DNA from: an uncultured archaeon
GTDB lineage: Archaea > Iainarchaeota > Iainarchaeia > Iainarchaeales > 0-14-0-20-30-16
Direction of reading: 5' to 3'
Assembly: GCA_964565125.1 (NCBI GenBank)
Contig: CAZMCX010000012.1
Location: 1-13,398, forward strand
Length of the DNA: 13,398 nucleotides
Position numbers and translations under genes: made by a program. Below are positions 1 through 6,830 of this stretch, piece after piece. The notes below the pieces were generated by a model. That model was not told where the DNA came from, made no database searches, and saw nothing but the letters and a program-made list of their open reading frames with translations. Numbering within the stretch: the stretch's first letter is position 1; each line of letters opens with the position of its first letter.

Positions 1-25
1 CCGGAGTTCGAATCTCCGTCGGACT
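1..25 (+). tRNA. 3'-terminal fragment of a tRNA gene cut by the window edge (isotype not determinable)
   Basis: CGGAG-TTCGAAT-CTCCG (2-18) is a perfect 5-bp T-stem with a canonical 7-nt T-loop. It is followed by a 7-nt 3' acceptor strand TCGGACT (19-25), with A26 as discriminator and no encoded CCA. The 5' part lies outside the window. Confidence 0.6.
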
Positions 26-211
26 ATTTAATGGGCTTTAGGCCCATTATGTCCATAGGACATTCCTCTTTTGCGCCACTGCTTTTTTCAAAAGCGGTGT
101 TCGGATCTCCGTCGGACTATTTAATGGGCTTTAGGCCCATTATGTCCATAGGACATTCCTCTTTTGCGCCACTGCTTTTTTCAAAAGCGGTGTTCGAATC
201 TCCGTCGGACT
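26..211 (+). repeat. Two tandem 93-bp units (26-118, 119-211), each ending in a 25-nt copy of the tRNA 3' end
   Basis: The units are identical at 92 of 93 positions (G104 vs A197). Copies of the tRNA 3' end lie at 1-25, 94-118 and 187-211. Each unit has three paper hairpins: TAATGGGC/GCCCATTA (29-49), ATGTCC-ATA-GGACAT (49-63) and CACTGCTTTT-TTC-AAAAGCGGTG (77-99, 10 bp with one G-U). Confidence 0.9.
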
Positions 212-262
212 GTCCTTTTTCTATCAATAGATATAAAAAACTATTAATTCAATAATTAGTTT

Positions 263-3100
263 ATGAATAAAACTGCAACTGTTATTTTATGTATAATTCT
301 ACTTCTTGTATTATCTGGGATAATAACTGGAATATACTTCCTTGTAATTAATGAAAAAACAAAGGACCAAGGATACATTTTTAACTTTAATGACGGAACT
401 TTTACAAAAAAAATCACTTCCGATGAAGTTACAGCTGAACTCATGAAATTAGATAAAGCCCAAGACTATTTTCTAGTTGTTTTCACCCCAAAAGACTCAA
501 AACTAATAACAAATAATGCAACTCTGACTTTAGAAAAAGGAATATATCTGATAGCAACAAATGATGCTTTTGAAATAAAACTAGAATATAATTCAAAAAG
601 TTGTGGATTATATTTCCCTGTAAAAATATCACATTACAATGATTTTTCTGAGGACGAAAAAGCAGAATTAATTAGCAGTATAAAAGCACAATATTATCCA
701 GAACTAGATTGTGATTTAGTTAATATTTTTGAAAAAAGCATTATGACAGAACTAAATAATGCAATTGCAAAAGGAGAACTAAAAACCGTAAAAAAGATAA
801 ACATTGTTTATTTTGAAGAAAAAAAATCTGTTTGGGATAAATATTACAAAAAGGCAATAAACTATGCAAAAGAAGAAATTGAAAAAGAAAAAGTAAAAAA
901 ACAGTATAGTAATATTAAGCTATCAATAACAATGGCTGTAGATAAAACAAAAATAGACCCAAGAATAGAAGAGTTTAAAATAAAGATAATATCAAACAAA
1001 CCTCTTTTTGAAGACGACTACAAATTAGAAGCAGAGGATATTGCTACTGCACAAAGATATCCAATAAAAACAGAGCAGACAGTAACTCAAGGCAGCAGCT
1101 TTATTGCAAATGTGATTTGGGATGGCAGTATAACTAAATTGTCCGGCCAAAAATACAAAAATGCAAACTTTAGTTTAAAAGTAATGGACAGTAAGTCAAA
1201 GAACGTACTTGCAAATCAAACAATAACCACCGAAATAGGAGAACTCTATTCAGAAGCATACAATTATGATGACTTAGAATCTGCAATTCCTACAGAAAAA
1301 TATTCTATATTAGAATTATTTAACCACGAATCAAAAAAAGTTCCACTTATTTTTAAAGATAAACAATTAGACACACCACAAATTTCAGCAAGTAATCCGA
1401 GCATAACAGTAACCTTAAAACCAACATATCAGATATGTTCTGACTGTTTAGAAATTTACAACCCAACTAGTATCGAACAAAACGTTGTAGACTTGTTAGA
1501 TAAATTATATTTCTTAGATAACATTGATAACCTATTTTTAATAGAGCAAGGCGTTTTTGAGAAAAGCCTTAACCAAAAACAAATTTCCACATTAAAGACT
1601 TTAATTGATAAAAAAATAATTTATTTAGGCCAGCCATATATTGCAACTATAACACCAGAGTTTATAGAAAACACAGAATTAATAAATGAGTCCAAACTGG
1701 TTGGTAACTTTTTTGAGAAAAAAGAAATAATAATAAACACCCTACTTATTAGCGATAAGTTAGGATTACGAGAAGCAATTACAAAAATACAAAGTTTTGC
1801 AAACACAGGCCAAAAATTTCAAGTTCTTGCAGAAATAGCAGACAAAATACGTGCAGAAAAACAATCTTCTGGATCCACAACCAATTCTTTAGGGATGGCT
1901 TATGATATTACTGCCAGCGATTATATTTATGCTTTAAAGAATCACAAAATAAGCTGTATTTCAGGAGGCATAATAATTGCAAGAACAATAGATTATATTC
2001 TAAAAAAATCAGGAGAACAAAATTATTCTGTGTCCTTAGTAGATGTAGAAGGGGCCGGAGAATTTTGGGAGGGGGCATACAAAGGCGCACACATAATAAC
2101 AAAAGTTGTTCTAAATCACGTAATACAATACTTTGACGCAACAAATACAACTAACCTTAGCCATCTACTAATTATAACCCCTACGAATAAAAAATATCAA
2201 CTAAAGGCAAATGACTCTGCAAGCACAATATACAGAACAAGCACAGAACATAGTATAGAAGATGCAGAAACTCTGTCAAAAACACAGCACAAAGTAATAA
2301 ATGGCCAAGCATTAACAACCCAAGAAATAAAAAATATCCCTATTGACTTTTTGCCTATTATTCTTTCACTTTATAGCCAATCAAATCAAAATCCGCAAGT
2401 TTATTCAATATTACAAAGCAGAGGAATCACAACAACAGCAAACTTAAAACAAATGCAAAATATTTATACACAATTAAAGTTGAATTCAGCTATTTTAACA
2501 TATTCTCATAATACAAAGTCAGAAATACCAAGCTCATTTGCTATAAATCAGCACAACATTTATCTAAACCTATACAAACAAGATCCAGACCTATATAATA
2601 ATATCAATCTTCTTGGGCTTTTGACCCCAAACATCATTGCATATAATAAAATAAAATTAGAAAAAAATATTGATTCAGACAGGATTTGGTTTACAGTATT
2701 AAAAACAATTACTCAATTCCCAATAAACACCACAATAATAACTGAAAAGCAATTATCAGATGCACACAAAATTATTTTCTCCTTTCCTTTCTGTATAGGA
2801 ATTTGTGATCCGGAAAAACAAGAAATAAATCAATATTCATATTTATCGCTTGGGTTTGCAGCACTAAGATACCGGATGTATTATTTAAATAAAAACAATG
2901 CTACTGAAGCTAATTCCTTAAAAACAATAATTACAGAGGCAGTAGATTATATTGATTCAAAACTAAATCCCAACTTTAAACAAAAATTTGAAAATCCAGT
3001 TATAATGTATCCACCTGGGGCAGATGACAAAACAAAGGAAATTGCAAAAACGGGCGAACAGGTGGGTATATATGCATCAGAAGTAAATAAAACTGTTTAA
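263..3100 (+). CDS. Large membrane-anchored (N-terminal signal-anchor) protein with a putative transglutaminase-like/papain-like cysteine protease core; otherwise unknown function
   Basis: Uninterrupted 945-aa ORF with ATG start and a TATA-like GATATAAAAAA about 28 nt upstream. There is one hydrophobic helix at aa 6-29 (TVILCIILLLVLSGIITGIYFLVI). The motif string HKIS-C565-ISGG...(45 aa)...GA-H610-IITKVVL...YF-D625-ATN resembles the Cys/His/Asp spacing and context of transglutaminase-core proteins (G-x-C ... H-a-W-x-E-V ... F-D-P-T). The rest is Lys/Asn/Ile-rich with no motif I recognise. Confidence 0.8.
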   Translation: MNKTATVILCIILLLVLSGIITGIYFLVINEKTKDQGYIFNFNDGTFTKKITSDEVTAELMKLDKAQDYFLVVFTPKDSKLITNNATLTLEKGIYLIATNDAFEIKLEYNSKSCGLYFPVKISHYNDFSEDEKAELISSIKAQYYPELDCDLVNIFEKSIMTELNNAIAKGELKTVKKINIVYFEEKKSVWDKYYKKAINYAKEEIEKEKVKKQYSNIKLSITMAVDKTKIDPRIEEFKIKIISNKPLFEDDYKLEAEDIATAQRYPIKTEQTVTQGSSFIANVIWDGSITKLSGQKYKNANFSLKVMDSKSKNVLANQTITTEIGELYSEAYNYDDLESAIPTEKYSILELFNHESKKVPLIFKDKQLDTPQISASNPSITVTLKPTYQICSDCLEIYNPTSIEQNVVDLLDKLYFLDNIDNLFLIEQGVFEKSLNQKQISTLKTLIDKKIIYLGQPYIATITPEFIENTELINESKLVGNFFEKKEIIINTLLISDKLGLREAITKIQSFANTGQKFQVLAEIADKIRAEKQSSGSTTNSLGMAYDITASDYIYALKNHKISCISGGIIIARTIDYILKKSGEQNYSVSLVDVEGAGEFWEGAYKGAHIITKVVLNHVIQYFDATNTTNLSHLLIITPTNKKYQLKANDSASTIYRTSTEHSIEDAETLSKTQHKVINGQALTTQEIKNIPIDFLPIILSLYSQSNQNPQVYSILQSRGITTTANLKQMQNIYTQLKLNSAILTYSHNTKSEIPSSFAINQHNIYLNLYKQDPDLYNNINLLGLLTPNIIAYNKIKLEKNIDSDRIWFTVLKTITQFPINTTIITEKQLSDAHKIIFSFPFCIGICDPEKQEINQYSYLSLGFAALRYRMYYLNKNNATEANSLKTIITEAVDYIDSKLNPNFKQKFENPVIMYPPGADDKTKEIAKTGEQVGIYASEVNKTV

Positions 3101-3589
3101 TCACTTTAATTTCATTATTAATTCTCTCTGGTTTTCTAAGATCTTTTTCATCAAATCCAAAGTTACATTTGTTTTTGCACCTAAATCTGCCAAAGACCTT
3201 TTTATTATAGCAATATCGTCATGTGCCGCGTCTATTTTATCTAAAGAAATAGAATCTAATTTATCATAAGTTTTCGTCATGTTTTCATTTAAGGCTTTCA
3301 TATGTTCCTTATGTTCATCAAGTGTTTTTGTTGCATTATCTACAACATTCATTGCCATAGAACTTGCTAACTCTGCATGATGTGCATAGTTTTTTGTGTT
3401 CTCTTCTATAACCATATTATCAGATTCTTTTTTTTCTTCTTGAGGTTTTTCCACCTTATTTTGTCCACCCACTGCTGAAGAAACGTCTTTTTCACTATAT
3501 CCTAAAGATATCAACATCTTAACAACTTCTTCTTTAGATATCCCTGAATCAAGCATCTTCTTTGCGTTTTCAACTAATACAGCATCCAT
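3101..3589 (-). CDS. Hypothetical protein: N-terminal UBA-like three-helix module plus C-terminal coiled-coil region
   Basis: The ORF track starts at a GTG (3598); I prefer the ATG 3 codons in (3589, MDAVLVEN...). The N-terminus ENAKKMLDSGISKEEVVKMLISLGYSEKDVSSAV has the G-x-S-x-E-E...G-x-S-x-x-D pattern of UBA/TS-N-like domains. An acidic/lysine linker follows, then heptad-like helical sequence. There is no TM segment. Its stop codon abuts the stop of the 945-aa gene. Confidence 0.65.
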   Translation of the reverse strand: MDAVLVENAKKMLDSGISKEEVVKMLISLGYSEKDVSSAVGGQNKVEKPQEEKKESDNMVIEENTKNYAHHAELASSMAMNVVDNATKTLDEHKEHMKALNENMTKTYDKLDSISLDKIDAAHDDIAIIKRSLADLGAKTNVTLDLMKKILENQRELIMKLK

Positions 3590-3642
3590 AGCTATCACAT
3601 AAACAAAGCAATTTTAATAATAATTGTTTTTAAGATATATAT

Positions 3643-5052
3643 ATGTTTACCCCTATAAAAGACAAAAATCATTACATTATCAAAAAAACTAAAGATATGA
3701 ACACTGACGTTATTCTCTATTTATCAGAAAACCTAATGAAAGGGGTAGAACAAGATGCAGTCCAGCAAATTATTAATGTTGCTTCTCTTCCAGGAATAAA
3801 AGACAGAGCTTACGCTATGCCAGATATGCATTCCGGATATGGATTTCCAATTGGCGGAGTAGCAGGTTTTGATTTAGAAAAAGGAATTGTAAGTCCTGGG
3901 GGACTTGGGTTTGATATAAACTGCGGTATCAGATTAGTAAAAACAAATTCCACAAAAGAAGAATTCGAAAAACTATTTTCTAAAAAAGAATTCGAAAAGT
4001 TATTTAGGTCCATACCTACAGGTGTTGGGTCAGAAAATAAAGAAAGAATAACAAAAGAAGAATTACTGGATATGCTTTCAAAGGGTATTGATTATTCAAT
4101 AAAAAATGGAGAAGCCACAAAAAAAGATAAAGACTGTGTTGAAGATTATGGAAAACTAAAAACATCCGCAGAATTTTTGTCTCAAAAAGCAATCTCAAGA
4201 GGATTAAAACAATCCGGAACTCTTGGAAGTGGAAACCATTTCATAGAACTACAGTACATTGACAAAATTTACAACAAAGAACTAGCGAAAAAGTGGGGCT
4301 TAAAAGAAAATCAAATAACTTTCATGATACATTCCGGCTCACGCGGTTTAGGACATCAAATCGCATCAGATCATATTGAAATATTTTTAAAAAATTATCA
4401 AAAATATAACCTAAAATTACTTGACAAAGATTTGGTATCAATTCCTATAAACTCACAAGAAGGAGAAAAATACCTTGACTCAATGAGGGCAGCAGCAAAT
4501 TATGCTTACGTAAACAGGCAGGTAATGACTTTCAAGGTAAGAGAAGCCCTAAAAGAACTTGGAATAAACACAGAATTAGTTTATGATGTTGCACACAATA
4601 TTGCAAAAGAAGAAGAATACAAAATAAATGGAAAAAAAGAGAAATTATTAGTGCATAGAAAAGGTGCAACAAGGGCATTTTCTGCAGGAAATAAAGTTCT
4701 TCCTGAGAAATATATTAACACAGGCCAGCCAGTAATAATTCCTGGAAGCATGGGAACTTGTTCTTATGTTTTAGTTGGAGATAAAGCTGAAGAAAAAAGC
4801 CTAGGAAGTGTTTCACACGGCGCAGGCAGGGCATTAAGCAGAAGTGCAGCAAAAAAGCAATTTGATGTTAAGGACGTCATAAAAGATTTGAGCAAAATAA
4901 ATGTTTCGGTTTTATCTGCAACAAATGCAAGCATTGTAGAAGAAGCACCACTTGCATACAAAGATGTTAACGAAGTTGTTAAGGTTTTAGAATTAAATGA
5001 ATTAGCAAAACCTGTTGCAAGAATGAAACCACTTTACACTATTAAAGGATGA
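3643..5052 (+). CDS. rtcB: RtcB RNA 3'-phosphate/tRNA-splicing ligase
   Basis: Hallmark RtcB motifs: MPDMHSGYGFPIGGV, GFDINCGIRL, GSGNHFIE, HSGSRGLGHQIA, VAHNIAKEE, HRKGATRAF, PGSMGTCSYVL, SHGAGRALSR, EEAPLAYKDV. The length (469 aa) is typical. Confidence 0.95.
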   Translation: MFTPIKDKNHYIIKKTKDMNTDVILYLSENLMKGVEQDAVQQIINVASLPGIKDRAYAMPDMHSGYGFPIGGVAGFDLEKGIVSPGGLGFDINCGIRLVKTNSTKEEFEKLFSKKEFEKLFRSIPTGVGSENKERITKEELLDMLSKGIDYSIKNGEATKKDKDCVEDYGKLKTSAEFLSQKAISRGLKQSGTLGSGNHFIELQYIDKIYNKELAKKWGLKENQITFMIHSGSRGLGHQIASDHIEIFLKNYQKYNLKLLDKDLVSIPINSQEGEKYLDSMRAAANYAYVNRQVMTFKVREALKELGINTELVYDVAHNIAKEEEYKINGKKEKLLVHRKGATRAFSAGNKVLPEKYINTGQPVIIPGSMGTCSYVLVGDKAEEKSLGSVSHGAGRALSRSAAKKQFDVKDVIKDLSKINVSVLSATNASIVEEAPLAYKDVNEVVKVLELNELAKPVARMKPLYTIKG

Positions 5053-5726
5053 TGATTTTTATGTACTTATGTGGAATAGATGAGGCGGGAAGAGGGCCAG
5101 TAATTGGGCCAATGGTTATGTGTGCCTGTGTAATCGATGCAAAATATGAAAAAGAGTTAAAAAGTTTGGGGGTAAAAGATTCAAAAAAACTAACTCCAAA
5201 ACAAAGAGAGGATTTGTATCCACAAGTGAAAAAAATGTGCAAATACTTTGTTGAAATAATTCCTGCAACACTTATAGATTCCACAAACAAAGATAAAATA
5301 AATCTAAACAAATTAGAGGAACTAACAACAGCCAAATTAATTCAAAAAACAAAAGAGTTTTGCAAAGGCGAAGAACTAAAAATCTACGTTGATGCACCAG
5401 ACATTAATTTTACAAGATATGGAAATGTTTTGTCACAAATCACAAACACAAATGTAATTGCGGAACATAAAGCAGATGATAAATATCCAATTGTTTCCGC
5501 AGCATCAATTATTGCAAAGGTTGACAGAGATGCAGAAATAAAAAGAATCAAAGAAGAAACAGGCATAGAGCTGGGCAGTGGTTATCCTGCAGATCCAATT
5601 ACCAAGAAGGCTTTAGAACAGTTAATAAAAAGCAAAAGCAAATACATCCGTTACTCTTGGGAAACCACAAAGACAATTATTAATAAATTAGAGAACAGCA
5701 AAGGAATACAAAGCAAACTAGTTTAA
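5049..5726 (+). CDS. rnhB: Ribonuclease HII
   Basis: Motifs GIDEAGRGPVIGPMV, DSKKLTPKQRE, DDKYPIVSAASIIAKVDRD and GSGYPADP are typical of type 2 RNase H. The ATG at 5049 overlaps the rtcB TGA (ATGA). ATGs at 5052 or 5061 (MYLCGIDEAGRG) are alternative starts. Confidence 0.9.
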   Translation: MMIFMYLCGIDEAGRGPVIGPMVMCACVIDAKYEKELKSLGVKDSKKLTPKQREDLYPQVKKMCKYFVEIIPATLIDSTNKDKINLNKLEELTTAKLIQKTKEFCKGEELKIYVDAPDINFTRYGNVLSQITNTNVIAEHKADDKYPIVSAASIIAKVDRDAEIKRIKEETGIELGSGYPADPITKKALEQLIKSKSKYIRYSWETTKTIINKLENSKGIQSKLV

Positions 5727-6205
5727 AACTTTTTTATCATTGGCTGATATTTCTGACTGCCAAATCTTTTTCCTGTTCTGACACCTGTTACTTTTTTATA
5801 GCCATATCTTTGATAAAATGGAACTGCATACAAAGACGACCTTATTTTTACTTGTTTACTACCTAACTTCAATACTCTTTTTTCAAACTCACAATATAAT
5901 CTGCCTCCAATCCCTTTTCTATGGTATTCCCCAATAACATATAAATTAACTAATCTGTTTTCTTTGCCTCTTAAAACACCCACAATTTTGTTATTATCTT
6001 CTGCAACCAACATAATAGGAGAGCTTAAAAATGCCACATTTAAAGATTCTCCATTTACTTTATAATTATAATAAGATAAGTAATGTTCAACAGAGTCTTT
6101 TGTGCCTTCTAATGACTGGAATTGTTTAAATACGCAGCAGATTAGTTCACAAACCTGCCCCAAATCTTCTTTTTGGTATTTTCGAATTTTTATCACAGTA
6201 ATCAC
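5723..6205 (-). CDS. GNAT-family N-acetyltransferase
   Basis: It carries the acetyl-CoA binding motif A: LYVIGEYHRKGIGGRLYCEFEKRV (R/Q-x-x-G-x-G/A), followed by FYQRYGYKK. Size is 160 aa with an apparent GTG start at 6205. Its stop overlaps the rnhB stop (TTAA at 5723-5726). Confidence 0.85.
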   Translation of the reverse strand: MITVIKIRKYQKEDLGQVCELICCVFKQFQSLEGTKDSVEHYLSYYNYKVNGESLNVAFLSSPIMLVAEDNNKIVGVLRGKENRLVNLYVIGEYHRKGIGGRLYCEFEKRVLKLGSKQVKIRSSLYAVPFYQRYGYKKVTGVRTGKRFGSQKYQPMIKKF

Positions 6206-6314
6206 TAATATAAAAATAGATTAGTAGGTTTTTTAAAAATAGGTTCAACAAAAATAAAAAGAAGAGGTGTGTAAACAAATACAAAATGGAAAGTTTGTAA
6301 AGGTTTCAGACTAG

Positions 6315-6445
6315 CCACCCAGTTTTATTTTAATAGACCGTAATTTTTCTTTCTTTCTTTTGTGAACTTAAGGACCTTTAGGGCCCACCTTTCTTTCTTT
6401 TAATAGACTGTAATTTTTCTTTCTTTTGGAAAGAAAGAAAAAGTT
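6315..6445. repeat. Two degenerate ~70-bp direct repeats; core TTTAATAGAC(C/T)GTAATTTTTCTTTCTTT at 6328-6361 and 6398-6426
   Basis: Both copies are preceded by CCACC (6315, 6386). The cores differ by one C/T substitution and a 4-nt CTTT indel. Polypyrimidine CTTT motifs are iterated. The region is non-coding, lying between divergent genes. Confidence 0.7.
6414..6442 (-). terminator. Perfect 13-bp hairpin (TTTTTCTTTCTTT-TGG-AAAGAAAGAAAAA), a candidate terminator directly downstream of the C/D sRNA
   Basis: The arms are exact reverse complements, read directly. On the minus strand the T-rich arm CTTTTTCTTTCTTT begins about 4 nt after the predicted sRNA 3' end, which is consistent with archaeal oligo-T termination. 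Confidence 0.45.
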
Positions 6446-6446
6446 A

Positions 6447-6506
6447 GAACTCAGCCCGCCAATCAATCATCATACATTCAGCAGGGGTTAACATCATCAT
6501 CGTCCC
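6447..6506 (-). ncRNA. C/D box sRNA (2'-O-methylation guide) with complete C, D', C', D boxes
   Basis: The minus strand reads GGGACG-ATGATGA(C, 6500-6494)-TGTTAACCCCTG(12 nt)-CTGA(D', 6481-6478)-ATGT-ATGATGA(C', 6473-6467)-TTGATTGGCGGG(12 nt)-CTGA(D, 6454-6451)-GTTC. Both C boxes match RUGAUGA perfectly and both D boxes are CUGA. Both guide spacers are exactly 12 nt, the canonical archaeal architecture. Total length is about 60 nt. Confidence 0.85.
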
Positions 6507-6528
6507 AATATCTTTATGTAGCACAAGA

Positions 6529-6538
6529 AATATAAAGA
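6529..6538 (-). promoter_or_regulatory. TATA-box-like element (CTTTATATT on the minus strand) upstream of the C/D sRNA
   Basis: It is centred roughly 26 nt upstream of the GGGACG that precedes the C box, which is the expected archaeal TATA-to-TSS distance. TATA-like strings are common in this AT-rich DNA, so support is weak. Confidence 0.4.
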
Positions 6539-6562
6539 AATTCAGATAAAGGGCAGATATCC

Positions 6563-6574
6563 TTATAATTATAA
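6563..6574 (+). promoter_or_regulatory. Perfect 12-bp palindrome TTATAATTATAA overlapping the likely TATA region of the toxin-antitoxin operon (candidate operator)
   Basis: The palindrome was read directly. It lies about 30-40 nt upstream of the antitoxin ATG (6603), with a GGTGGTG Shine-Dalgarno-like element at 6594-6600. AT palindromes can arise by chance here. Confidence 0.3.
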
Positions 6575-6602
6575 TGACTTATAAGTTGTTATAGGTGGTG
6601 CT

Positions 6603-6830
6603 ATGAGCTATACTACAATACAGGTAGAAGATACAGTGGTGGAACTTTTAAAAAGCATAAAAGAATACCCAAAACAATCATATAATGAAATAATCAAAAA
6701 AGTGTTTGGAGCTTATGTAAAAAATTTACAAAAAGGGGATCAGTACAACAAATTTTTACATTACATACAACAAGCAAAAATGAAAGAATTATGGGACAAT
6801 AAAGCAGATGAGGATTGGGACAATGTATAA
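6603..6830 (+). CDS. Putative antitoxin (ribbon-helix-helix/COG1753 VapB-like N-terminus, acidic Trp-containing C-terminal tail)
   Basis: The N-terminus TTIQVEDTVVELLKSIKEYPKQSYNEIIKKVF resembles the archaeal T-I-x-V-x-x-E-x-x-x-x-L-x-x-x-K...S-(F/Y)-(S/N)-(D/E)-V-I pattern of small CopG-like antitoxins. The C-terminus ELWDNKADEDWDNV is acidic with Trp, as in MazE-type toxin-binding tails. The gene overlaps the downstream toxin gene by 8 nt. Confidence 0.6.
   Translation: MSYTTIQVEDTVVELLKSIKEYPKQSYNEIIKKVFGAYVKNLQKGDQYNKFLHYIQQAKMKELWDNKADEDWDNV

Noticed and set aside
1-211. Possible mini-CRISPR array (25-nt repeats spaced by 68 nt)
   Set aside because: The two 'spacers' are identical to each other, the repeat is a tRNA 3' end, and there are no cas genes. 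It is a simple tandem duplication, not a CRISPR.
26-211. Complete, split or circularly permuted tRNA genes within the repeat units
   Set aside because: No segment complementary to the acceptor strand TCGGACT (pattern [AG]GT[CT][CT]G[AG]) occurs in the unit. No D-arm or anticodon arm with correct spacing can be drawn. The GCTTTTTTCAAAAGC element looked like a UUC anticodon arm but leaves no room for a variable loop and T-stem. A trans-acting 5' half elsewhere cannot be excluded.
31-255. 74-aa ORF (MGFRPIMSIGHSSFAPLLFSKAVF... repeated twice)
   Set aside because: It reads straight through the 93-bp tandem repeat (93 = 31 codons), so the internal peptide repeat is a by-product. It overlaps tRNA-derived sequence and hairpins, and no SD or promoter is evident.
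263-3100. Diversity-generating retroelement target (large surface protein in a DPANN-like genome)
   Set aside because: The window has no reverse transcriptase, and no template/variable repeat pair with adenine-specific mismatches was seen. The only repeats (1-211, 6315-6445) are non-coding and unrelated to the gene's 3' end.
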